From Bryobacterales bacterium (GTDB taxonomy: Bacteria; Acidobacteriota; Terriglobia; Bryobacterales; Bryobacteraceae), in NCBI GenBank assembly GCA_016721425.1, contig JADKID010000020.1, positions 20,549-84,548 on the forward strand: 64,000 nt of DNA. Reading direction: 5' to 3'. How positions within the stretch are numbered: the stretch's first letter is position 1; the number at the start of each line of letters is the position of its first letter. The position numbers were made by a program, and so were the translations under genes. This document shows positions 45,190 through 55,976 of the stretch, piece by piece. The notes under the pieces were generated by a model, which was given only the letters and a program-made list of their open reading frames with translations, was not told where the DNA came from and did not search any database.

Positions 45190-45981
45190 GTGCAGGAAGA
45201 GAACCTCTCCGCGGAGACTACGCCCGAACTACCGCCCGTTGCGCCCTATGCCGAGCCGCCCAGAGGCGCCATCGCGGAATGGACCGTTACGGTTCTGCTC
45301 CTGCTGTTTGGTACCACCACCCTCGTCCAGGCCTTCGTCATCCCAACGGGGTCCATGGAAGACAACATGCTCATCGGCGACCACCTTCTTGTGGACAAAC
45401 TCGCCTATGCCCCGCCCGGCGCCGTCAGCAAATACCTGCTGCCCTACACACCCGTCAAGCGCGGCGATATCATCGTCTTCCGCTTCCCCGTCGACATCCG
45501 CCAGACCTTCGTCAAACGAGTGATTGGCATCCCCGGTGATCGCATCCGCCTCTCCAGTAAGCAGGTCTTCCTCAATGGCAAGTCCCTGGACGAGCCGTAT
45601 AAGTTCAACAAAACCAGCTACATCGATTCCTACCGCGACAACTTTCCCACCGCGCCGAATACCCGGGTCGACGATCGCGCCCTCGATATGTTGGAAAAAC
45701 ACGTCACCGAGGGCGACGTCGTCGTGCCGCCCGATTGCTACTTCGCCATGGGCGACAATCGCGATTCCTCCCTCGATTCCCGCTACTGGGGCTTTGTCCC
45801 GCGCGCCAATATTATCGGCAAGCCTCTCATCGTCTACTGGTCCTACGACGCCCCTACTGACAGACTTGTCAATTCCGGCTTCGATCTGGAACACATCAAG
45901 GACTTGGCCCGTAACTTCTTTACGAAGACCCGCTGGAATCGCACTCTGATGCTGATTCGCGGCCATGAAGTGAAAAACTGA
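45190..45981 (+). CDS. lepB: Signal peptidase I
   Basis: 263 aa with catalytic Ser box PTGSMEDNM, Lys box KRVIGIPGDRI, and GDNRDSSLDSRYWGFVP. Confidence 0.93.
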   Translation: MQEENLSAETTPELPPVAPYAEPPRGAIAEWTVTVLLLLFGTTTLVQAFVIPTGSMEDNMLIGDHLLVDKLAYAPPGAVSKYLLPYTPVKRGDIIVFRFPVDIRQTFVKRVIGIPGDRIRLSSKQVFLNGKSLDEPYKFNKTSYIDSYRDNFPTAPNTRVDDRALDMLEKHVTEGDVVVPPDCYFAMGDNRDSSLDSRYWGFVPRANIIGKPLIVYWSYDAPTDRLVNSGFDLEHIKDLARNFFTKTRWNRTLMLIRGHEVKN

Positions 45982-45982
45982 A

Positions 45983-46795
45983 ATGAAACAAAAAGCTCCC
46001 AAGGCCAAATCGCCTGAGGCCGTGAAGCCTGGCGACGCTGTCAAGCCCGTCAAGGCCGATTTCCCCGAGCAGGTCCGCTCCTTCGTCGCTGAATGGAGCG
46101 TCACCATCATCCTCCTCCTGTTTGGCACCACCACCCTCCTCCAGGCTTTCGTGGTCCCCACCGGCTCCATGGAAGATACCGTGCTCATCGGCGATCATAT
46201 GTTCGTCGATAAGCTCTCCTATTCGCCCGCTGGCCCTGTCAGCAAGTACCTCCTGCCCTACACGCCCGTCCAGCGCGGCGACATCATCGTCTTCAAATGG
46301 CCCATCGACACGCGGCAAAACTACGTCAAACGCGTCGTCGGCGTGCCAGGCGACCGCATCAAGCTCGTCAACAAAGACCTCTACCTGAACGGTAAAAAGG
46401 TGACCGAGCCCTATGTCGTCCACAAAAGCCCCATGCTCGATTCCTATCGCGACAACTTCCCCACGGAGCCGAACACCCGCCTGGAGGATCCGGCCATCCG
46501 CATGCTCGCCGACAACGTGAAGGACGGCGAGGTCACCGTGCCGCCCGATCACTACTTCGCCATGGGCGACAATCGCGACAACTCGCTGGATTCCCGCTAC
46601 TGGGGCTTTGTCCCGCGTGGCAACATCGTCGGCAAGCCGGCCATCATCTTCTGGTCCTACGATGCCACCACGGAAGAGCTGGCCAATCCCAACATCATCT
46701 CCATCACGCACATCATCGATCTGGCGACGAACTTCTTCTCCAAAACGCGCTGGAACCGGACGTTCATGATTCCGCGCCGCTACCCCTTAGCCTAA
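45983..46795 (+). CDS. lepB: Signal peptidase I (second tandem paralog)
   Basis: 270 aa with PTGSMEDTV, KRVVGVPGDRI and GDNRDNSLDSRYWGFVP. It starts 1 nt after the first copy's stop. Confidence 0.93.
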   Translation: MKQKAPKAKSPEAVKPGDAVKPVKADFPEQVRSFVAEWSVTIILLLFGTTTLLQAFVVPTGSMEDTVLIGDHMFVDKLSYSPAGPVSKYLLPYTPVQRGDIIVFKWPIDTRQNYVKRVVGVPGDRIKLVNKDLYLNGKKVTEPYVVHKSPMLDSYRDNFPTEPNTRLEDPAIRMLADNVKDGEVTVPPDHYFAMGDNRDNSLDSRYWGFVPRGNIVGKPAIIFWSYDATTEELANPNIISITHIIDLATNFFSKTRWNRTFMIPRRYPLA

Positions 46796-47877
46796 TGTCC
46801 AATCAGCACTACCACGCACTCATCCTCGCCGGCGGTCGCGGCACTCGCTTCTGGCCGCGCAGCCGCAAGTCCAAGGCCAAACAGGTCCTCGATTTTCTAG
46901 GTCAGGGCACGCTGATTCAGCAGACGGCTGAGCGGTTGGTTCCGGTGGTTTCGCCCGAAAACATCTGGGTCCTCACCAACGATCATCTCCGCGCCGAGAT
47001 CATCCGCCAGCTGCCGCAGGTGCCCAAGCGCCAGATCATCTCCGAGCCCGCCGGCCGCAATACCGCGCCCGCCATCGGCCTGGCCGCCAAGATCCTCCAG
47101 GATGTCGATCCCGACGCCGTGATGGGTGTCTTCCCCTCCGATCACGTCGTCGCCAAGCCGGCCGCCTTCCGCAAGACCATTCAGGCCGCCTACCGCGCCG
47201 CCGCCAAGGGCCAGATGGCCCTGCTCGGTCTGCAGCCCCGGTGGGCCGAGACCGGGTTCGGCTATATCGAGTTTCCCAAGGGCGCCATGAAGCCGGGATC
47301 GCTCGTCCCCGTGCCCGTCGTACGCTTCCGCGAGAAACCCGATGCCAGTACCGCCAAGAAGTTCGTCCAGGCGGGCCACTTCTGCTGGAACGGCGGCATG
47401 TTCTTCTGGCGCGCCGATATCTTCTCCGCCGAGCTGTGGCACCACCTGCCGAAAACGGCGGCGCTGCTCGATAGCCTACCCAAGTTTGGTTCACGCCAGT
47501 TCAACGCGCAATTGGCCGAAGTGTTTCCGCAGTGCGAGAACATCAGCGTGGATTTCGCCGTGCTCGAAAAGTCCGAAGATGTGGTGGGCATCGCTGCCGG
47601 CGACATCGGCTGGGACGACGTGGGCAGCTTCTCCGCGGTCTACGAATTGATGGACAAAGACGGCGATGACAACGCTTCGCGCGGCGACTCCCTGATCTCC
47701 GATGCGCGCGGCAACTACATCGACGCTCCCGGCAAGCTCGTCGCTCTGCTCGGCGTCGAAGATCTCATCATCGTCGACACGCCCGACGCCCTGCTCATCA
47801 CCCGCCGCGACCTCTCGCAAAAAGTCGGCGACCTCGTCAAGCTTCTCGAAAAGTCCGGCCGCGATAACCTGTTGTAG
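46795..47877 (+). CDS. manC: Mannose-1-phosphate guanylyltransferase
   Basis: 360 aa with the nucleotidyltransferase N-terminus ALILAGGRGTRFWPRSR. The family blocks GVFPSDH and GFGYIE are present. Confidence 0.88.
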   Translation: MSNQHYHALILAGGRGTRFWPRSRKSKAKQVLDFLGQGTLIQQTAERLVPVVSPENIWVLTNDHLRAEIIRQLPQVPKRQIISEPAGRNTAPAIGLAAKILQDVDPDAVMGVFPSDHVVAKPAAFRKTIQAAYRAAAKGQMALLGLQPRWAETGFGYIEFPKGAMKPGSLVPVPVVRFREKPDASTAKKFVQAGHFCWNGGMFFWRADIFSAELWHHLPKTAALLDSLPKFGSRQFNAQLAEVFPQCENISVDFAVLEKSEDVVGIAAGDIGWDDVGSFSAVYELMDKDGDDNASRGDSLISDARGNYIDAPGKLVALLGVEDLIIVDTPDALLITRRDLSQKVGDLVKLLEKSGRDNLL

Positions 47878-49206
47878 ATGCCTCTCACTCGCCGGTCGTT
47901 CCTCGCCGCTCCGGCGCTTCTCCAGGCCCGCGGCGATAGGCCCAACGTCATGGTCATCCTCCTCGATGACCTCGGCTGCCGTGACCTCGGCTACCTGGGC
48001 GCCGCCGACCTCAAGACGCCCCACATCGACGCCCTCGCCCGCGGCGGCGTGCGCTTCCCCAACTGGTATTCCAACGCGCCCGTCTGTGCTCCATCCCGCG
48101 CCGCCATCCTCTCCGGCCGCTACCCCGTTCGTGCCGGCGTGCCCGACAATGGCGGCAGGCTCACGCCCGGTATGCCCATCCTGGGCTCGCTCTTCCGCCA
48201 GGCCGGCTACCGCACCGCCGCCATCGGTAAATGGCATCTCGGCAGCGACGATCAAACCTGCCCCAACGCCCACGGCTTCGAGAACTTCTACGGATTCCAC
48301 TCCGGTTGCGTCGATTTCTACTCCCACCGCTACTACTGGGGCGACCCGCGCATCCCCAACTACCACGACCTCTGGCGCAACCGCACCGAGATCTTCGAGG
48401 ACGGCCGCTACCTCACCGAGCGCATCGCTGAGGAGACCGTCGCCTTTCTCGATCGCAGCCGCAAAGAGCCCTTCTGCGCCTACGTCGCCTTCAACGCGCC
48501 CCACTACCCCATGCACGCGCCGGAAAAGTACGTCAGCCGCTTCCCCCATCTGCCGCCCGAGCGCCGCACCTACGCCGCCATGCTCGCCGCCGTGGATGAC
48601 GGTGTCGGCGCCATCCGCCGTGCCCTTGCCGCTAACGGGCAATTGGAAAACACAGTGCTCTTTTTCCTCGGCGACAACGGCGCCACCACCGAAAAGCGCG
48701 CCGGGCTGAACGGCGAGTACGCCACCGCCGGCGACAACGGGCCATTCAAGGCCTTCAAATTCAGCGTCTTTGACGGCGGCGTGCATGTGCCGGCGTTTCT
48801 CCACTGGCCGGCGCGCGGCCTAAAACCCGCCGAGCCGCGCGCTGCCGTCCAATCGATGGACATCCTGCCCACCGCCCTCGCTGCGGCCGGCCTCGCCGCT
48901 CCCACCGGCCTCGACGGCGGTTCGCTGCTGCCCCTGCTGGAGGGCGGCTCCGCACCCCACGATGCACTCTTCTGGAATCAGGGCGGCCAACTGGCCGTGC
49001 GCCGCGGCCCGTGGAAACTGGTCATCAATGGCAAGCTCCACGACCGCCGGCCCGAAGGCGGCCAGGCGCTCGCCGGCGACGATGTACTCTGGCTTGCCAA
49101 TCTCGACGACGATCCCGGCGAGAGCCGCAACCTGCGCCGCCAGCAGCCCAAACTCGTCGACGAGCTCGCCACGCAGGCTACCGCCTGGCGGGACAAGCTC
49201 AACTAA
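47878..49206 (+). CDS. Arylsulfatase-family sulfatase (formylglycine-dependent)
   Basis: 442 aa containing NVMVILLDDLG and the C-x-P-S-R motif within CAPSRAAILSGRYP. It starts immediately after the manC stop. Confidence 0.9.
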   Translation: MPLTRRSFLAAPALLQARGDRPNVMVILLDDLGCRDLGYLGAADLKTPHIDALARGGVRFPNWYSNAPVCAPSRAAILSGRYPVRAGVPDNGGRLTPGMPILGSLFRQAGYRTAAIGKWHLGSDDQTCPNAHGFENFYGFHSGCVDFYSHRYYWGDPRIPNYHDLWRNRTEIFEDGRYLTERIAEETVAFLDRSRKEPFCAYVAFNAPHYPMHAPEKYVSRFPHLPPERRTYAAMLAAVDDGVGAIRRALAANGQLENTVLFFLGDNGATTEKRAGLNGEYATAGDNGPFKAFKFSVFDGGVHVPAFLHWPARGLKPAEPRAAVQSMDILPTALAAAGLAAPTGLDGGSLLPLLEGGSAPHDALFWNQGGQLAVRRGPWKLVINGKLHDRRPEGGQALAGDDVLWLANLDDDPGESRNLRRQQPKLVDELATQATAWRDKLN

Positions 49207-49212
49207 CGCGCC

Positions 49213-50732
49213 CTACTCCCGGCACTCGAAGTTCTTTGCGTCCTCCGGGTCGCCTTGGCCCTTGTAGTGGGCGTGCTTCGGATACGCGCACAGCGGGCGG
49301 CTGCGCCCCGGGAATGCCCGCCCCGTCGCGATCACGGCGTCCGGGGCCGTCTTCTTCTCCACCCAATCGACGATAGCCGTCAACATGTCAAAGCGGTCCA
49401 GCGCCGCCGCCCCGCCGCCGCAGTGGCCCATCCCCGGCGCCAGGAACAGCCGGCTCCAATCGGCGACCGATTCCTTGCCCAGCTTTCCGTAGTACTCCAC
49501 GGTGTCCTTCGCGGAAAACCACGGATCGCTCACGCCGTGATAAAAATGAGCTTTCCGTTGCGGCCTGAAAACGTATTGAGCCTCGTAAAGGTGGAATCGA
49601 TCAGCGGCTGTTCCGCCTCAATCGCCTCCCGGTCCACATCCTGCTGCGTCGGCGGCTCGCGCGGTCCAACAGGACTGGGCCCAGGGTTCAGTAGCCCCGG
49701 GATGCCCGTTTTCGCGGCAATTCCCGTGTCGAAGAAGAACCCCGGATAGACCTGCATGCCCCTCGAATCTTTCGGCCCCGCAAAGCCCTTCTTGATAGCA
49801 CCGGCCTGCTCCACCGAAAGGCAACCCTCGGCCTTCGGCCCATTGCACACCAGCGCCATCGGATCGAAATCGCAGCCCGAGGTATGGAAGATCATCCCGT
49901 CCTCCAAGCCATCCTTCGCGTCGCAGCGCTTCAGCAGCGAGTCCATCACCAGCTTCTTGTCACTCTCGGAAAGCGCACCACCAGGGATCGGCTTCCCTTC
50001 CGAATCCTTGGGCGCAATCCTGTTCAGTGCCACTGCCACCCAGCGGTCCGCCAGATTCGAAAACCCCGTCCGCATCGCCGGCGCGCCGGACACCACGCCG
50101 TCAAAGTATGTGGGATACCGCTGCGTCATGATCATCCCCTCGCGCCCACCCGTCGAGCAACCCACGTAGTAGGAATACGAGGCCGCCGCCCCGTAGTACG
50201 CCGCGATGATCTGCTTGGCCGTCTCGGCCACGCGCCCAATCGCTTGATACGAAAAATCGAGCATCGCCTGCTGGTCGCTCAGGAAACTCCCGTCAAACGC
50301 CCCCTTGCCCTTGTGGCCCGTATCCGTCGTTACCACCGCGAAGCCCCTGGCCAGGCCCGGAGTTATCCCGGCCGCCTGCGCGCCCATCGGCGGCGCCACC
50401 GAGCCATTCAGCCCGCCGCCGCCCTGCATCAGAAAATCGTGGTTCCAGTTCTCCGGCAGCGCCAACGCGAAGCCGATGCCGTATTCCACACCACCCACGC
50501 CCGTGCGGCGGTTGATCACTCCGTCTGCCCGGCAATAGGCAGGCAGCGCGTTGGCCGCGGGCAGCCACTCCGCCTTCGTCATCTCCAGGGCGACGCCCGG
50601 AATCTTTAGCTTCGCCAAATCAGCGCACTGGCTCGCGCCCGGTTTCCCGTTCGTTTGAGCCATGCCGCTCGCCGCGCAGATAAGCGCGCATACAATCGAC
50701 CGTCCAATGTACATCAAGGCGCCTCCATTCAA
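49213..50732 (-). pseudogene. Tannase/feruloyl-esterase-family hydrolase with a 1-nt frameshift
   Basis: ORF 49530..50732 has the nucleophile block GCSTGGREG and ends ...NGKLIFITA*. ORF 49213..49533 continues (V)SDPWFSAKDTVEYY...PGMGHCGGG...RPLCAYP. The minus strand reads ATT TTT ATC ACG GCG TGA, where ATT TTT TAT CAC GGC GTG (IFYHGV) is expected. The plus-strand A run at 49542..49546 has 5 A where 6 would restore the frame. Confidence 0.85.
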
Positions 50733-50745
50733 TTTCGCAGCCAGG

Positions 50746-52095
50746 CTAACTGCCCGGCGTCAGCCGCATCAGCACGGACGCATGCGGCGCCAGCTTGAAA
50801 ATCTGCCCGCCCCTCACCGCGCCCAGATCCTTCTTCGTCCAAAGATCCCGCACCCGGCAGTTCTCTGGCAGCACCAGTTCAGACCACCGCACTGCCACCT
50901 CTTCGGCCGCGTCGCCGGTGTTGAATACGGCCAGATACTTCGCCTGGCCGCCGGGCGCGTCCGATGTCCACGCGATCTGATTCCCGCGGGCGAACAACTG
51001 CCTGCTCGCCGTGCCTCTCTGGTTCACCGCCAGCACCTCCTCGTTCGTCAGCAGCGCCAGCGTGAATTCGTCGTTGTCCGGTAGATTCCCGCCAACCATG
51101 AGCGGCGAGCGCCCGATGCACCACAGGTTCATCAGCGTGTACTGCTCGTCCGGCGTGAGCAGCGACATCCGCGGATTGCCCCGCTCGGCGCGAATGCCGA
51201 TCTTGCCCAGAGGTAGCATGTCGGCGTCCGGCCAGTTGCCCGGCTTCACGAAGGGCGCCCACTGCGCCATGTTCGGGAACTGCTTCTTGAGATCCACCCA
51301 ACGGTCCCAAAAGTCGTCCGAAATGCGCCACATCTGCGCATTTTTGGCGATAAAATCCGCCTTTTCGACACCTCTCGTGCCCGGTGAGAGGCTCAGCACA
51401 ATCGGCCGGCGGGACTTCCCGATCGCCTTGCTCAACGCCGCGATCTCCGTGCTGTGATCGCCCTTCGGCCCAACGCCGAACATATCGTCTGCCTTGATGA
51501 AGTCCACACCCCACGCCGCATACATCTGCACGATGCCGTCGTAGTATTCCTGCCCGCCCGGCCTGCTCACGTCCACGCCGTACATATCCGGATTCCACGG
51601 GCAGATCGATTCCTGGTTCGCGATGTCCGCGGCCCGGACTCCGCTGCCAAACACAGGCAGATTCGCCTTCACCGCCGCCCGCGGAATGCCGCGCATGATA
51701 TGGATGCCGAACTTCAGCCCCTTCGAATGGACATACGCTGCCAGCGCCTCGAACCCCTTGCCGCCCGCCGAGGAAGGGAAGCGGTTGGGAGCCGGGATCA
51801 GCCGCCCATTGGCGTCCATCGCCAGATCCGCCACCGGGCGGTACCCGTGCGTCTTAGGGTTCTGCTCCGCCCACTGAATATCCACGACCACATACTGCCA
51901 CCCGGCCTTCGCCATGTGCTTCGCCATGTAATCGGCGTTGGCCTTCACCTCCGACTCAGTCACGGTGGTGCCGAACGAATCCCAGCTGTTCCACCCCATC
52001 GGCGGAGTCGGCGCCAGCCTCGCTTGCGTCCACGCCGGCACCGCGAGCGCCGCCATCAACACGGCGGACGGGCCTATCCTGCTTGCTGATTTCAT
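50746..52095 (-). CDS. Alpha-galactosidase, GH27 family, secreted
   Basis: I prefer the start at 52095 (MKSASRIGPSAVLMAALAVPAWTQA); the ORF-track start is 52128. The sequence PPMGWNSWDSFGTTVTESEV...GWQYVVVDIQW...DFIKADDM matches GH27. Confidence 0.85.
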   Translation of the reverse strand: MKSASRIGPSAVLMAALAVPAWTQARLAPTPPMGWNSWDSFGTTVTESEVKANADYMAKHMAKAGWQYVVVDIQWAEQNPKTHGYRPVADLAMDANGRLIPAPNRFPSSAGGKGFEALAAYVHSKGLKFGIHIMRGIPRAAVKANLPVFGSGVRAADIANQESICPWNPDMYGVDVSRPGGQEYYDGIVQMYAAWGVDFIKADDMFGVGPKGDHSTEIAALSKAIGKSRRPIVLSLSPGTRGVEKADFIAKNAQMWRISDDFWDRWVDLKKQFPNMAQWAPFVKPGNWPDADMLPLGKIGIRAERGNPRMSLLTPDEQYTLMNLWCIGRSPLMVGGNLPDNDEFTLALLTNEEVLAVNQRGTASRQLFARGNQIAWTSDAPGGQAKYLAVFNTGDAAEEVAVRWSELVLPENCRVRDLWTKKDLGAVRGGQIFKLAPHASVLMRLTPGS

Positions 52096-52140
52096 CTCTG
52101 ACGTCTCCCTCGGACTTCTGCACTGCAACCGCGGAGCCGC

Positions 52141-52656
52141 TCACCGCGACCAACCCCATGAGTTGCCGCAGCCCGCGATCAACCCGGCCAGCGTATCAAA
52201 TCCTTGGATCCGGGCTGCCGCCTTGGCCTGCGCTTCGGGAGAGAAGTTCCACGCGCTGCCCGGTGCGCGCACCACTTCCAGAAGGATCTGCCGGAATTGC
52301 TCCACATCCACGTTCCGGATGCGCCGCAACTCCAGGTGCACCCGATACTGCGACGTGCCCAGGTCCTGCCACGAGTGGGGCCTGTCCAATGAAGTCGTCT
52401 TCCGGACAGTATACAGTCCGCCGGCGGAATCAATGATCTGTAGTTCGGTGTAATTGAGTCCGCTGGCGCCCGTTGTGGTGGTCAGGTTCAATTCCGAATC
52501 CCGCACCGCAATTGTGCTACCGCCTCCGGCCAGCACCACCGGATACCTCAGCTCGATAGATGTGCCAGGTTTCGCCGGGGCCTGCGGCTTGGACCCGCAC
52601 CCGGTCAGCAGCGCCACCACAGCGCCAAACTTCCTCAGGTTACGGAACAGCCCCAT
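52141..52656 (-). CDS. Hypothetical lipoprotein
   Basis: 171 aa with the lipobox ALLTGCG. I recognise no domain. Confidence 0.6.
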   Translation of the reverse strand: MGLFRNLRKFGAVVALLTGCGSKPQAPAKPGTSIELRYPVVLAGGGSTIAVRDSELNLTTTTGASGLNYTELQIIDSAGGLYTVRKTTSLDRPHSWQDLGTSQYRVHLELRRIRNVDVEQFRQILLEVVRAPGSAWNFSPEAQAKAAARIQGFDTLAGLIAGCGNSWGWSR

Positions 52657-52698
52657 AGCCGTCCAGCATAGCCCAGGAGCCGGCCGCAGTCCTGCGCC

Positions 52699-54249
52699 CT
52701 ACTTCTCCAGTAGAAAATGCCCGGCGATCATCGCGTCAATCCCGCTCGAGTAGAAACTCCGCACCGCATCCCGTGGATTGCACACCAGCGGCGCCCCCAG
52801 CAGATTGAACGAAGTGTTGTACAGCACCGGCAACCCCGTCTTCTGGCCCCACGCCATCAGCAGCTTGTGGAACAGCGGATTCTCCGCTGCGTCCACCGTG
52901 TGCACGCGCACCAGTCCATCGCCCAGCACCGCGCTCTCAAACGTTTTGCGGTGCGCCGGCTTGGCCCGTCCCACGGTCGCCAGATACCGCGCGTTCGCGC
53001 CCACCTCGAAATACTCCGGCGCCAGTTCCACCGGCACCGACGCCGCGAACTTCCGGAACGGCTCGCGGTGCTTGATGTACACGTTTAGATTCTCGGTCGA
53101 GTAGCGGTTCAACGGCGAGGCCAGAATCGAGCGATTCCCCAGCGCCCGCGACCCAAACTCCATCCGGCCCTGCATCCACGCCACGATCTTGTCCGACGCC
53201 AGTTGATCCACCGCCGCGCCCAGCAGCTCTTCCGTCGTCAGCAGATACCGGAAGCCCAGCTTGCAGTTCTCCAGCACCCGTTTGATCTCTTCCGGGCTGA
53301 ACTCCGGCCCCAGACCCACGGTCTCCATCGCGTGCCGTTCATCGCGCCCGTGCACCGTATGCCACGCGTAATAGGCAGCCCCAATCGCCGTCCCGCTGTT
53401 GCCCGCCGCCGGCTGCACAAACACCTGCTTCCACTTGCCGCTGTTCTCAAGCGACGCTACCAGCAGCCCGTTCAGCGCCAGCCCGCCGGCCAGGCACAGG
53501 TTCTCGCCGTCGCCCGCCAGTTCCGCCACCATCTCTTCTACTGCCTGTTGCAGGCTGGCCGCAATCGCCGGCTTCATCGCCGCCGGAATCGCCGCGCCAT
53601 CCTCCAGCCCCAGCGTCTCGTAGAGCTTTGCGCTAAACCCGCCGCCGCCCACGCGCCCCGCGTCAAACCAGCTGCGGTCCAGCCGCATCCCCGCCAGCAT
53701 CGCCCGGAACGTCGCCGCATAGATCGGCGAGCCTGACGTCGAAAGCCACTGCACCTTGTGCTCGTCCGCGTTCGCGTGGAACCCCAACAGCTCCGTCACG
53801 CGGCTGTACAGATCGCCCAGCGAATCCGGATAGCTGATCTCATGATTCAAAGTGATCTGCGAACCCTCGGCCTGCCACCGCGCTCCGCAGCGGAAATCAC
53901 CCGCCCGGTCCAGCGTCAATACGGTCGCCCGGCCGAATGGCGAAGCATAATAGGCCGATGCCGCGTGCGCATGATGGTGTTCCACGGAAACAATCCGCGC
54001 ATTGGGGCAGAGATTGCGCATCGCTACCTGGACGTGGTGGCCGCCCGCCAACTCCGGAAAGGGACGGGCCAGGGCGATGGTCTCCACGTCGGCGGTGGTG
54101 GCGTTGGCCAGTTGCAGCGCCGCCAGTATCGCTTCCTTGGTGTTGGCGGAGCCGAGCTTCACCTGCTCCACCGCCGCCACAATCTTGCCGTCCACGAGCA
54201 CGGCGCACGCGGGATCTGTCGTGAGGCCGCCGAGTCCGACGATGACCAT
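52699..54249 (-). CDS. Carbamoyltransferase (NodU/CmcH family)
   Basis: I prefer the start at 54249 (MVIVGLGGLTTDPACAVLVDGKIVAAVEQ); the ORF-track start at 54384 would overlap glnS. The motif HHHAHAASAYYASPF is present. Confidence 0.88.
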   Translation of the reverse strand: MVIVGLGGLTTDPACAVLVDGKIVAAVEQVKLGSANTKEAILAALQLANATTADVETIALARPFPELAGGHHVQVAMRNLCPNARIVSVEHHHAHAASAYYASPFGRATVLTLDRAGDFRCGARWQAEGSQITLNHEISYPDSLGDLYSRVTELLGFHANADEHKVQWLSTSGSPIYAATFRAMLAGMRLDRSWFDAGRVGGGGFSAKLYETLGLEDGAAIPAAMKPAIAASLQQAVEEMVAELAGDGENLCLAGGLALNGLLVASLENSGKWKQVFVQPAAGNSGTAIGAAYYAWHTVHGRDERHAMETVGLGPEFSPEEIKRVLENCKLGFRYLLTTEELLGAAVDQLASDKIVAWMQGRMEFGSRALGNRSILASPLNRYSTENLNVYIKHREPFRKFAASVPVELAPEYFEVGANARYLATVGRAKPAHRKTFESAVLGDGLVRVHTVDAAENPLFHKLLMAWGQKTGLPVLYNTSFNLLGAPLVCNPRDAVRSFYSSGIDAMIAGHFLLEK

Positions 54250-54253
54250 ACTG

Positions 54254-55975
54254 CTACTTCGCCGCCTTTCCAGACTGGTTCTTCTCGATCTTTGCCCACG
54301 TGTCGCGCAGCCCCAAAGTGCGGTTGAATACCGCCCGCTCCGGCGTACTGTCGCGGTCCACGCAGAAATAGCCCATCCGCTCAAACTGGAACTTGTCGCC
54401 CGCCTTCGCGCTCCCCAGGCTCGGCTCCAGCTTCGCGCCCTGGAGCACTTCCAGCGATTTCGGATTGATGTTCTCGGTCCAGTCCTGTCCGCGCGATGAA
54501 TCGTTCGGATCTTCCGTCAAAAAGAGGTTTTCGTACAGCCGCAACTCGGCTTCAATCGCGTGCCGCGCCGATACCCAGTGGATCGTGGACTTCACCTTGC
54601 GCCCGTCCGGCGTATTGCCGCCGCGCGTCGCCGGGTCGTACGTGCAGTGCACTTCCACCACTTCGCCCGCCTCGTTCTTTACCACCGATGTGCACGTCAC
54701 CAGATATCCATACCGCAGCCGCACTTCGCGCCCCGGCGAGAGCCGGTAATAGTTCTTCGGCGGATCCTCACGGAAATCGTCCTGCTCAATGTAGAGCACC
54801 TTCGAGAACGGCACCTGCCGCGTCCCGGCCGTGGCGTCTTCCGGATTGTTCACCGCCTCCATCATCTCCACCTGCTCATCCGGGTAGTTGTCGATCACTA
54901 CCTTCAGCGGGCGCAGCACCGCCATCACACGCGCCACGCGCTTGTTCAGATCCTCGCGCACCGCATGTTCCAGCAGGCCCAGCTCGTTGATGCCGTTTGT
55001 CTTCGAAACCCCGATCCGCGAGCAGAACGTCCGCAGCGCCTCCGGTGTGAAGCCGCGCCGCCGCACGCCGCTCAGCGTCGGCATCCGCGGATCGTCCCAA
55101 CCGTCCACCACGCCGTCCTGCACCAGCTTCAGCAGCTTGCGCTTGCTCAGCAGCGTGTACGTCAGGTTCAACCGGTCAAACTCAATCTGCTGCGGCGCAA
55201 AGATCCCCAGCGATTGGATGTACCAGTCGTACAGCGGCCGGTGATCCTCAAACTCCAGCGTGCAGATCGAGTGCGTGATGCCTTCAATCGAATCGCACTG
55301 CCCGTGCGTGTAGTCGTACATCGGATAGATGCACCACTTGCTGCCCGTCCTGTGATGATCGGCGTGCAGAATCCGGTACATCACCGGATCTCGCATATTC
55401 AGATTCGCCGACGCCATGTCCACCTTCGACCGCAGGGTCCGCGAGCCGTCCGGAAACTCGCCGGCCTTCATGCGCTCAAACAGATCCAGGTTCTCTGCAA
55501 TCGAGCGGTTCCGGTACGGGCTCTCTTTGCCCGGTTCCGTCAACGAGCCGCGCGTCTCCCGCAACTGCTCCGCATTCAGGTCGCAGACATACGCCTTCCC
55601 GGCCTGGATCAACTGCACCGCCCATAAATAGAGCTGATCGAAATAATCCGACGCGTAGAACAGCCGGTCTTCCCAATCGCCGCCCATCCAGTGCACGTCC
55701 TCGATGATCGAATCCACATACTCCACCTCTTCCTTGGTGGGGTTGGTATCGTCGAATCGCAGGTTGAACTTGCCGTTAAACTCCTGCGCCAGCCCGAAAT
55801 TCAGGCAGATCGATTTGGCGTGGCCCAGGTGCAGATAGCCATTCGGCTCCGGCGGAAAGCGCGTATGCACCCGTCCGCCATTCTTGCCGCTGGCGATGTC
55901 CGCAATTACGATGTCCCGGACGAAGTTCGACTGGCGCGCGGGTCCCGCCGCAGTCTCATCAATAGGCATGGTCAT
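54254..55975 (-). CDS. glnS: Glutamine--tRNA ligase
   Basis: 573 aa containing FVRDIV...[28 protein letters not shown] (HIGH region) and LLSKRKL (KMSKS-type). The C-terminal anticodon-binding domains are present. Confidence 0.95.
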   Translation of the reverse strand: MTMPIDETAAGPARQSNFVRDIVIADIASGKNGGRVHTRFPPEPNGYLHLGHAKSICLNFGLAQEFNGKFNLRFDDTNPTKEEVEYVDSIIEDVHWMGGDWEDRLFYASDYFDQLYLWAVQLIQAGKAYVCDLNAEQLRETRGSLTEPGKESPYRNRSIAENLDLFERMKAGEFPDGSRTLRSKVDMASANLNMRDPVMYRILHADHHRTGSKWCIYPMYDYTHGQCDSIEGITHSICTLEFEDHRPLYDWYIQSLGIFAPQQIEFDRLNLTYTLLSKRKLLKLVQDGVVDGWDDPRMPTLSGVRRRGFTPEALRTFCSRIGVSKTNGINELGLLEHAVREDLNKRVARVMAVLRPLKVVIDNYPDEQVEMMEAVNNPEDATAGTRQVPFSKVLYIEQDDFREDPPKNYYRLSPGREVRLRYGYLVTCTSVVKNEAGEVVEVHCTYDPATRGGNTPDGRKVKSTIHWVSARHAIEAELRLYENLFLTEDPNDSSRGQDWTENINPKSLEVLQGAKLEPSLGSAKAGDKFQFERMGYFCVDRDSTPERAVFNRTLGLRDTWAKIEKNQSGKAAK

Positions 55976-55976
55976 G

